Positions 40,715 through 48,724 of a stretch of 64,000 nt of DNA are shown one piece after another (the stretch's first letter is position 1; each line of letters starts with the position of its first letter). A model generated the notes under the pieces. That model did not search any database. It was not told the origin of the DNA and saw nothing but the letters and a program-made list of their open reading frames with translations. This DNA comes from an uncultured Acidobacteriota bacterium (lineage in GTDB: Bacteria; Acidobacteriota; Thermoanaerobaculia; Gp7-AA8). Location: contig CAWGHO010000002.1 of the NCBI GenBank assembly GCA_963822445.1, forward strand, positions 832,001 to 896,000. The letters run 5' to 3'. The translations under genes were made by a program, and so were the position numbers.

Positions 40715-42802
40715 TCACGTTCGCACCCGGAACTTCCGCGTCTCATCATCGAGGCTGCGGATGGCGTCGTTCAACAGTCCGATGGCCTGGCTCATGTCAC
40801 CGGCCAGCGAACGGTTGCCGTCGGCGATGGCGCGGACCTGCTGCATCGTGGCGACGATCTTCTCGCTCTCGGACGACTGATTCGCGGCGACCTGGAAGAT
40901 CTCGTGGATCATCTCGATCATCCGCTCGGCGGAGGTGGAGATCATCGACGAGCCGGACTTCTGTTCGAGCATCGCCTGGCGCACGTACTTGGTGACCTCG
41001 CGCATCGATTCGACCGCTTTGAGGATGTGCTCCGAGCCCTGGGCCTGCTGCCCGGTCGCGGAGTTGATCTGCTTGACCATCTCCTGCAACCGATCGATCG
41101 AGCGGGTCACCGTTTCGCTTCCGGCAGCCTGCTCGCGCGTGGCACCGGCTATCTCCTTGCCCATCGTCGAGGCCTTGGCGGTGGAATCGAGGATGTTGTT
41201 CAGCGCGCGGCCGGCCTGATGGGAGAGCGAGACGCCGGTCTCCACGAGATGCGAGCCGGAGGACATGGCCTTGAGCGCGTTCTGCACTTCTTCCTGCACG
41301 GCGCGGATGAGCAGGGTGATGTCGCGCGTCGACGACGCGGTGCGCTCGGAAAGCTCGCGGATCTCCGCGGCCACGACCGAAAAGCCCTTGCCGTACTCGC
41401 CGGCCTGCGCCGCGAGAATGGCCGCGTTCAGGGCGAGGAGGTTGGTCTGCTCGGCCACGTCCTCGATCACGTTGAGGATCTTGCCGATGGCCACGGAACG
41501 CTCGCCGAGTCGCGAGACGACCGTGTTCGCCTCGATCACCGACTGGCGGATCTGTTCCATGCCGTCGATCGTCTCGCGAACCGCGCGCATGCCCGTTTCG
41601 GCTGCATCGCCGACCGCCACCGCCAGGTCGTATGACCGCGCGGCGTTGACTTCGACCTGCGCGATCGACGCCGACATCTGCACCATCGACGACGACGTAT
41701 CCGTCACGAAATTGGTGAGGTAGACGACGTTCTGATCGACCTCGTTGATCGACGACACCATCTGATGCGTGGCCGACGCGGTCTCTTCGACGGAGCTCCA
41801 CAACGTGTCGGTGTGCCGGCTGACCTCCTCCATCGACGCAACCATCTCGAGCATCGAAGACGACGTCTCCTCGGACGACGCGGACAGCGCTTCGACGTTG
41901 TCGGTGATCTTCCGGACGCCGTTGTTGAGGTGATCGATGGAGTTGTAGGTCTCGTCGATGATGGCTCGCTGCTCGTCGACACGGGCGATGACGTCGTGGG
42001 AGCGGCTGTCGACCGTTTCAACGACCGATTTCAGCTTCGACTGCGAATGCACGAGGCTCTTCACGGTCTGCTCGAGATTGCCGGCCATGGAGTTGAATGC
42101 CGCGGCCAGGCTGCCGATCTCGTCGTACGTCGTGACGCGGGCACGCTGGGTGAGGTCGCCCTTGGCGATCGTTTTCGCGGTCTCGACCAGCGACAGAATC
42201 GGTTTGACGATCAGCCGCGAGGCCAGCAGCGCCAGCGCGGTCGCGGCGAGAAGTACCAGCGCGAGAATGACCACGCTCCAGCGGCGCAGGCTGTCGATCG
42301 CCTCCTGCGCCTGGGTCTCGTTCATCAGCAGGCGGAAGTAGCCTTTGGGCTTGATCGCGGGATTCGCAGCGTCGCCTTTGTTCTCGTAAAACGGAACGGC
42401 GTAGATGTGCATCCCTTCGCCGGCATCGGCGCCTGTCTCGCGTCCGAGGGGGCGGTTCACCAGGCCGGCCGGGGGGGTGGTCGATGTTGCCGCGAGCACT
42501 CTTCCGTTGCCGTCGAGAAAGTCGGCGTAGGAGATCGAAGGGCTGCGCGCGAGATCGCTGACGATGTTCTTCAGATCGTCGGTGAGTCCGAAGATGACGT
42601 AGTAGCCGGCTGTGGACTCGATCGTTTTCGCGATCGCGTCGCCCTGCTCGACGGTCTGCCGGATCATCGCCCGGCGGGTCATCATCTCCTGCAATCCGAG
42701 GATGAGGACGGCGACGAGGACCGTGGCGCCGGCGAAGGCCGTCACGAATTTCGCGCGAAGGCCGAACCGCACGGCCGTTTCGGTTTGATTGCCCGCAAGC
42801 AT
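40715..42802 (-). CDS. Methyl-accepting chemotaxis protein with HAMP domain
   Basis: Two TMs, DEIG.LA.AFN.M, AEQTNLLALNAAI.AAQAGEYGKGFSVVA.EIR.L. Confidence 0.93.
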   Translation of the reverse strand: MLAGNQTETAVRFGLRAKFVTAFAGATVLVAVLILGLQEMMTRRAMIRQTVEQGDAIAKTIESTAGYYVIFGLTDDLKNIVSDLARSPSISYADFLDGNGRVLAATSTTPPAGLVNRPLGRETGADAGEGMHIYAVPFYENKGDAANPAIKPKGYFRLLMNETQAQEAIDSLRRWSVVILALVLLAATALALLASRLIVKPILSLVETAKTIAKGDLTQRARVTTYDEIGSLAAAFNSMAGNLEQTVKSLVHSQSKLKSVVETVDSRSHDVIARVDEQRAIIDETYNSIDHLNNGVRKITDNVEALSASSEETSSSMLEMVASMEEVSRHTDTLWSSVEETASATHQMVSSINEVDQNVVYLTNFVTDTSSSMVQMSASIAQVEVNAARSYDLAVAVGDAAETGMRAVRETIDGMEQIRQSVIEANTVVSRLGERSVAIGKILNVIEDVAEQTNLLALNAAILAAQAGEYGKGFSVVAAEIRELSERTASSTRDITLLIRAVQEEVQNALKAMSSGSHLVETGVSLSHQAGRALNNILDSTAKASTMGKEIAGATREQAAGSETVTRSIDRLQEMVKQINSATGQQAQGSEHILKAVESMREVTKYVRQAMLEQKSGSSMISTSAERMIEMIHEIFQVAANQSSESEKIVATMQQVRAIADGNRSLAGDMSQAIGLLNDAIRSLDDETRKFRVRT

Positions 42803-42852
42803 AGGACCGCGCGCGAGTTTAGCAGTTGATCCGCTGAGCTATCATCCCGCGC

Positions 42853-43806
42853 ATGCCCCTCATCCGCTGTCCAAAGTGTGGGCAGGCTTATGACGTCCCC
42901 GGCGTGATCGCCGTGCGGCTCCAGAATTCAATCGCGACGTGCACGTGCGGCGAGTGGCTTTCCGGAAGCAAAGCCGCGGTGCTGGCGCGGGTCGTCGACG
43001 TCGATCAGATCCGCGAGATCGACATGAAGCCGTATCGCGTCGCCGCTCCGTCTTCCGCCTCCGCACCGGCGCCGAAAGCGGAAGCGCCGGCGCGTCCATC
43101 GCGACCGCGATCGGTGCGCATCGTGGCCCGCGGTGTGACGGAATCGGTCAACACGGTCTTCACGATTTTCGAGCATCCGCTCTGGATCGGCCGGAAGGGT
43201 TGCCACGTGGAACTGGCCGAAGCCGAGCTCTCGATTCGCCACTGCTCGATCTCCGTTCACGGCGACAAGCTCGTCGTGCGCGATGCCGATTCGCACATGG
43301 GAACGTTCCTCGATGGCCAGGCCGTCGAGGGCGACACGGTCATCGAAGAAGGGGCGCACATTCTTCGCGTCGGATCGGCACTGGTCAGCGTGGAGCCGAC
43401 CGAAGACACGGGCGTGCCTGTCCTGCCGATCGCCCTCGACGCGTCGGAGATGGTCGACGAGTCGGTGCTCGCCGAGAAGATGCGCGCTCGCAACACGAAA
43501 CCGGCCGAAGCCGCGACGCGCGCGATTCTGGTTTGCCTGGAAGGACCGCTGGTCGGCCAGGAGTTCGAGATCCCACCGACCGGCCTGGTCGTCGGACGCG
43601 AAGGTCACGTGCGCGTGCCCGACGAGTTCCTGTCCCGCAAGCATTTCGAAGTGATCCGCGACGAGGAAGGCTTCGTCCGCGTCCGCGACCTCGGCAGCCG
43701 CAACGGCACCTTCCTCAACACGCTGCCGGCGAAGAACACCAAGGTGCATGACGGCGACGAGATCCGCGCGGGCGTGAACCGGTTCAAAATCGATCACCGC
43801 GCGTGA
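42853..43806 (+). CDS. Zn-ribbon plus tandem FHA domain protein
   Basis: CPKC...CTC; two FHA motif sets (IGR...SIRH...SHMGTF and VGR...SRKH...SRNGTF). Confidence 0.85.
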   Translation: MPLIRCPKCGQAYDVPGVIAVRLQNSIATCTCGEWLSGSKAAVLARVVDVDQIREIDMKPYRVAAPSSASAPAPKAEAPARPSRPRSVRIVARGVTESVNTVFTIFEHPLWIGRKGCHVELAEAELSIRHCSISVHGDKLVVRDADSHMGTFLDGQAVEGDTVIEEGAHILRVGSALVSVEPTEDTGVPVLPIALDASEMVDESVLAEKMRARNTKPAEAATRAILVCLEGPLVGQEFEIPPTGLVVGREGHVRVPDEFLSRKHFEVIRDEEGFVRVRDLGSRNGTFLNTLPAKNTKVHDGDEIRAGVNRFKIDHRA

Positions 43807-43863
43807 CGTAGAGCAGACACTCCTGTCTGCCAGTCAGAGCAGACAGAAGTGTCTGCTCTACGT
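43806..43863. repeat. Inverted GTAG-type REP pair
   Basis: ACGTAGAGCAGACACT...AGTGTCTGCTCTACGT, 16-bp perfect outer stem, each half itself palindromic. Confidence 0.8.
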
Positions 43864-43935
43864 TCCCATATTGCCCGTTGGATGCTGTCGCACGCGTGGC
43901 TATACTCCGCGCACTCTCGATACGGCAGGTGACTC

Positions 43936-44805
43936 ATGACGACGACTCTCGAGTCAGCGGCGGCTCGCATACTCGCCCCCCTCTCAGAGGTTCTGCACAA
44001 GCCGATGTACCTCGTCGACGCGCAGTCCCCCGAAGCAGGAAATGCGTTCGCGGTTCGTCTGCAGGTGCCGCGGCTCGCTGTCGTGGCCGCGGACGGCAAG
44101 CCGTTCGACGATCAGCAGCGGCGGTTGATCGCGGAGGTCTTCGACGTCATCCGCGTGGCCGAGGAGAGCGAGTCGCGGTATCAGGAGCTCGAGCAGCGGA
44201 TGCTCAGCCTGCAGCGCGAGAACCTCGATCTGACCGTTCGCAATCGCACGCTTTGCGAAGTCTCGTCGCGCGACACGCTGACCGGTTTGTACAACCGCTG
44301 GTACGTCATCGAGAAGATCGACAGCGAGTTGAATCGGGCCATCCGCCATGGCTCGCCGATGTCGCTGCTCATGCTCGACATCGATCATTTCAAGCGCATC
44401 AACGACACCTGGGGTCATCCCGCCGGAGACGAGGTCCTGAAGTCGGTCGGCAAGATGCTCAAGGAAAGCTGCCGCGTGTACGACGTTCCCGGTCGTTACG
44501 GCGGCGAAGAGTTCTGCATCGTCCTGCCGGAGACGCGACCGGGCAACACCACGGTCGTTGCCGAGCGGATTCGCAAACGTCTCGAGTCGACAGAACTGCC
44601 TATGGGCGATGAGTCCGTGACGGTGACCGCGTCGATCGGCGTTGCGGGGATGGACACGAACGGCGATGCGGAGATGCTGAGCCCGGCGGGGCTCATCGAC
44701 CGCGCGGACCGCGCGTTATACTCGGCCAAAACCAGAGGGCGGAATCGGATCGAGATGTGGGACGGCGGTCTGTTCGACGCGCCGCCGGCCATCGGCGGGC
44801 ACTGA
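43936..44805 (+). CDS. Diguanylate cyclase (coiled coil + GGDEF)
   Basis: DTLTGLYN, DIDHFK.IND..GH..GD, RxxD I-site (RVYD), GGEEF. Confidence 0.92.
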   Translation: MTTTLESAAARILAPLSEVLHKPMYLVDAQSPEAGNAFAVRLQVPRLAVVAADGKPFDDQQRRLIAEVFDVIRVAEESESRYQELEQRMLSLQRENLDLTVRNRTLCEVSSRDTLTGLYNRWYVIEKIDSELNRAIRHGSPMSLLMLDIDHFKRINDTWGHPAGDEVLKSVGKMLKESCRVYDVPGRYGGEEFCIVLPETRPGNTTVVAERIRKRLESTELPMGDESVTVTASIGVAGMDTNGDAEMLSPAGLIDRADRALYSAKTRGRNRIEMWDGGLFDAPPAIGGH

Positions 44806-44901
44806 CAGGTGAGCCCGATCACGCCTTTTAGGAAACATCGGTCGTAGATTAGCGGTTCAATTCGGGTCTACCAGTCCAAGGTCTAACGTCAAGAGGAAAA
44901 C

Positions 44902-45606
44902 ATGCACAAGAAAATCGTTCTGCTTCTCTCTCTCTGTCTTCTCGTCAGCACCACCGCGTTCGCGGGCAAGCCGGCGATCGGCGTCGCCGAGTTCACCAAC
45001 GCGACGACCGCTTCCTGGTGGTATCACGGCGTAGGCGACGATCTGGCCGACATGCTCACCAACGAGCTTGCCGGAATGGAAGTGTTCAAGGTCGTCGAGC
45101 GCTCGAAGCTCGGACCGGTCCTCGAAGAGCAGGACCTGGCCGCCTCGGGCCGCGTCAGCAAGTCCACCGGCGCGAAGATCGGCAAGCTCACCGGCGCTGA
45201 GTACCTGGTCATGGGCAGCCTCTCCGCGTTCGAGACGGACGTGAAGGGCACCGGCGGCGGCGTCAGCTTCCGCGGCATCAGCGTCGGCGGCAAGAAGGAA
45301 GACGCCTATCTCGCGGTCGACCTTCGCGTGATCAACACGACTACCGGTGAGATCGAGTTCACCCGCACCGTCGAGGCCCGCGCCTCGAGCGGCGGCCTGA
45401 ACGTCGGTCTGTATCGCGGCGGCTTCGGCGGCAACCTCTCCAAGTACGAGAAGACCCCGACCGGCAAAGCGATCCGCGCCGTGATCATGGAGATCAGCGA
45501 GTACCTCGCCTGCGCCATGGTCGAGAAGGGCGACTGCCTGGCCGAGTACAAGGCCAAGGAAGGCGCCCGCCGCGAGAAGACCAAGAAGGCGATCAAGCTC
45601 GACTAA
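44902..45606 (+). CDS. CsgG/HfaB-family secreted protein
   Basis: L.DML..EL, F.VVERS.L..VLEEQDL, GKLTGA.YL, VDLRVI..TTGEI. Confidence 0.85.
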   Translation: MHKKIVLLLSLCLLVSTTAFAGKPAIGVAEFTNATTASWWYHGVGDDLADMLTNELAGMEVFKVVERSKLGPVLEEQDLAASGRVSKSTGAKIGKLTGAEYLVMGSLSAFETDVKGTGGGVSFRGISVGGKKEDAYLAVDLRVINTTTGEIEFTRTVEARASSGGLNVGLYRGGFGGNLSKYEKTPTGKAIRAVIMEISEYLACAMVEKGDCLAEYKAKEGARREKTKKAIKLD

Positions 45607-45627
45607 CTTCGATCGTCAATCGAAGGC

Positions 45628-45658
45628 AAAAGGCCAGCCGCGAGGCTGGCCTTTTTTT
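45628..45658. terminator. Bidirectional intrinsic terminator
   Basis: AAAAGGCCAGCC-GCGA-GGCTGGCCTTTTTTT between convergent genes. Confidence 0.9.
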
Positions 45659-45662
45659 CGTT

Positions 45663-46025
45663 TCAGGAACGAACGACCGATCGCTGAATGACTTTCTCGT
45701 ACGCGCGGAAGGTCGCCGTCGCGACGCCGTCTTCGGAAAGGATGATGCGCACTTCGAAGGACTTCCCATCCTTCTCGGAAAACACCTCGGCCGGAGTTCG
45801 CGAAGTGGTGCTGACTTTCGGCGAGAAGACCACGGTGCCGGTGGCTTTCTCGGTGACCGTCACATGGACGATGAACCTTCCGGGCTGGGCCTCCTCGATG
45901 GTCTTGACCTGGACCAGGTAAGGATCGGTCTTCGACGGGGCGTACGGATCGGACGACGGAGCACCGGTCAGGACGAGCGCGACCACGGCACAGGCGACGA
46001 GCGCAAGCAGGATTCGGGAGCGCAT
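45663..46025 (-). CDS. Small exported hypothetical protein
   Basis: GGAGG upstream of ATG, hydrophobic N-terminus. Confidence 0.7.
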   Translation of the reverse strand: MRSRILLALVACAVVALVLTGAPSSDPYAPSKTDPYLVQVKTIEEAQPGRFIVHVTVTEKATGTVVFSPKVSTTSRTPAEVFSEKDGKSFEVRIILSEDGVATATFRAYEKVIQRSVVRS

Positions 46026-46110
46026 TTTCTGGTTTTCCTCCGGCAAAGAGTGTAACCGGGGACATTCCGAAACAAGCGACTCGATACCGAATAACTATAA
46101 AATGTGCGCC

Positions 46111-48645
46111 ATGCGCAGGCTCCTTCCTGTTCTCGTTTCCCTATTCCTCGTCATCCCCGCTCTGGCCAATCACGAAGGTCCGGCCGACATCTGGGTCGAG
46201 GTGAGCGCATCGCCCACTGTCGTTGAGGCCGGACAGGAAATCACTTACACGATCACGATGCGAAACAGCGGGCCGAACTTCGCTTCCCGCATCACGATGA
46301 CCAATCCCGTGCCGGAGCACACAGAGTTCATCCGGTATGACGACAACCACGGCAGCACCGGATTCAACTGCTTCGACGCCCGCTTCGCCCAGAACCAGTT
46401 CTCCTGTTCGGGGCTCGGTCTCGACCCGAATGGGTCCTGGACGGTCTTCTTCACCGTCCGCGTGAACCCCGACGCCGTGGGGCTGACGATCACCAGCACC
46501 GCCACTGTGTCGAGCGATTCGCCCGACCCCAATACTGCGAACAATTCGATGACCGTTCAGACGCCGGTGACCGAAACGACGCCGACGGATGCCGACCTCT
46601 CCGTGACGAAGGTGTTCGCCGATACGGTCGATCCGTACGTGGGCCATGGCGAGGTCGCGAGTTTCGACATCACCGTCCGGAACGCGGGTCCGATTGCGGC
46701 GCAGAACGTCTCGCTCACCGACGTCATCCCCGCCGAAACCACCTTCGAATCGGTTACCCAGACGTCCGGCCCGGCGTTCTCCTGCACGCAGCCGGCACAG
46801 GGCGCGACCGGCACCGTCAGCTGTTCCATCGCCTCCCTCGCCGATGGAGCAGAGGCGACGTTCACCCTCGCGGTTCGAGTCGGCGCAACTACGAACGGCG
46901 AGGTTTCCAATACCGCGACGGTTTCCTCTTCGACGCCGGATCCCGACACCGCGGATCGGACTTCCACGGCCGGGTTCATCGCCAGGCGGCCGGGCCCCGA
47001 TCTTCAGATTACGAAGACCGCGTCGCTTGCCGAGGTCGTGGCCGGGGATTCGATCTACTACACCATCGAGGTCGAGAACGTCGGATCCGCCGTGGCCACG
47101 GACATCCGGATCGTGGATGCCGTCCCGGCGAACACGACGTTCCGCTACGCGGTTCACAACGGCGGAACGGGGGCCGGATGTGCGCCGCCGGACGTGACTC
47201 AGAGCGGGGCAATCGAGTGCTCATTCAGCAGCCTTTCGCCCGGCTTCGGCCGTTCCTTCGAGATCGCGGTCCGCGTGGACTCCGACGCCGCGGGAGAGAC
47301 GATCACGAACACGGCCACGCTCTCCACGTCGTCCACCGATCCCGATCTGAGCAACAACTCCGACACCGTCCAGACGCCGGTCTCGAGCACGCCTCCGTCG
47401 AACGCCGACCTGGCGGTGTCGAAAGGCGTCACCGACCCCGAAGCGTTCTTCGGGCCGGGTGAAGTGGTCGCGTATGAGATTTCGCTGATGAACAACGGTC
47501 TCGCGGTGGCGCAGGACGTCAGCCTGACGGACGTGCTCCCGGCCGGGACCACGTTCGAGTCGCTGACGCAGACCACGGGTCCCACCTTCAATTGCACGGC
47601 GCCCGATCACGGGGCGACGGGAACCGTTAGCTGCTTCATCGCCTCGTTCGACAACGCCGCCCTGGCGCAGTTCACGCTGGCGGTGCGCGTCAATGCGAAT
47701 GCCACGGGCGGCACGCTCGCGAATACTGTCGAAGTAGCCTCGTTCACACCCGATCCGAACAGCGCCAACAACAGCTCGACGGCGACGGTCACCGTTACGG
47801 AAGCCGCGGGAACGGACCTGATCCTTGCCAAAAGCGCCGACCCGGCCGCGGCGGAACCGGGGGACCTGATCACTTACACGGTGACAGCCACCAACATCGG
47901 CTCCGAGCACGCGAGCAATGTCTTCATCAGAGATCCCGTGCCCGCGAACACGACCTTCGTGTCTGTCGAAGAGCCGCCGGGCACGTTCGCCGATTGCTTC
48001 GACCCTGCCGCCGCGAACAACGTGGTCGTGTGCAGGATCAGCGGCATCGGCCCATCGGAGTCGTTCGCGATCACGTTCGTCGTGCGGGTCAACGAGAACG
48101 CGACCGGCGTCATTACCAACACGGCGACGGTAGAGACCTCGACCGCCGAATCGAACCTGTCGAACAACTCCGCAAGCGCGCAGACGACTCTTCCCGGCTC
48201 GCCGGACTCGGCGGATCTCGAGATCACCAAGATCGCCGGCGCCGACACCGCCCGGCCGAACGCAAACATTACGTACACGATCACCGTCTCCAACTACGGT
48301 CCCGGGGCGGCCGGTGACATCGTCATGACCGACGAACTGCCGGAGCACACCAGCTTTGTCTCGGTGACCGACGACGGCACGACGGACACGAACTGCTTCC
48401 CGTCCTCGGCCGAAGGCGAAGTGCAGTGCTTCACCGGCGCCCTTCCGGCCGGACAGGCGCGGACGATCTCTCTGGTCCTGCGCGTCGAGCCGGGCGCAAC
48501 GGGCTCGATCACGAACACGGCCACGGTGGAGTCCTCGCGAGCCGATCCCAACCTCTCGAACAACTCGGCCACCGTGACAACGCCCTTCGGACGGGGACGG
48601 AAGCGGAGGCCGTGCTGGGTGTTCGGGGAGAAGTACTGCGACTGA
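46111..48645 (+). CDS. Secreted protein with six DUF11 modules, copy 1
   Basis: Signal peptide; six D(L/I)....YT.T..N.G...NTA.V.S...(D/E)...N-type modules, each with a Cys pair. Confidence 0.9.
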   Translation: MRRLLPVLVSLFLVIPALANHEGPADIWVEVSASPTVVEAGQEITYTITMRNSGPNFASRITMTNPVPEHTEFIRYDDNHGSTGFNCFDARFAQNQFSCSGLGLDPNGSWTVFFTVRVNPDAVGLTITSTATVSSDSPDPNTANNSMTVQTPVTETTPTDADLSVTKVFADTVDPYVGHGEVASFDITVRNAGPIAAQNVSLTDVIPAETTFESVTQTSGPAFSCTQPAQGATGTVSCSIASLADGAEATFTLAVRVGATTNGEVSNTATVSSSTPDPDTADRTSTAGFIARRPGPDLQITKTASLAEVVAGDSIYYTIEVENVGSAVATDIRIVDAVPANTTFRYAVHNGGTGAGCAPPDVTQSGAIECSFSSLSPGFGRSFEIAVRVDSDAAGETITNTATLSTSSTDPDLSNNSDTVQTPVSSTPPSNADLAVSKGVTDPEAFFGPGEVVAYEISLMNNGLAVAQDVSLTDVLPAGTTFESLTQTTGPTFNCTAPDHGATGTVSCFIASFDNAALAQFTLAVRVNANATGGTLANTVEVASFTPDPNSANNSSTATVTVTEAAGTDLILAKSADPAAAEPGDLITYTVTATNIGSEHASNVFIRDPVPANTTFVSVEEPPGTFADCFDPAAANNVVVCRISGIGPSESFAITFVVRVNENATGVITNTATVETSTAESNLSNNSASAQTTLPGSPDSADLEITKIAGADTARPNANITYTITVSNYGPGAAGDIVMTDELPEHTSFVSVTDDGTTDTNCFPSSAEGEVQCFTGALPAGQARTISLVLRVEPGATGSITNTATVESSRADPNLSNNSATVTTPFGRGRKRRPCWVFGEKYCD

Positions 48646-48724
48646 GGCCACTCTTCGCGCTCACGTCACTACTAGGTCTACTCGCCAAGACTCTGACGGG
48701 CCGAATAACTATAAAATGCGCGCA

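Noticed and set aside
44806-44901. c-di-GMP riboswitch between the cyclase and csgG-like genes
   Set aside because: Only a weak GTAGA/TCTAC stem; GEMM core motifs not recognisable
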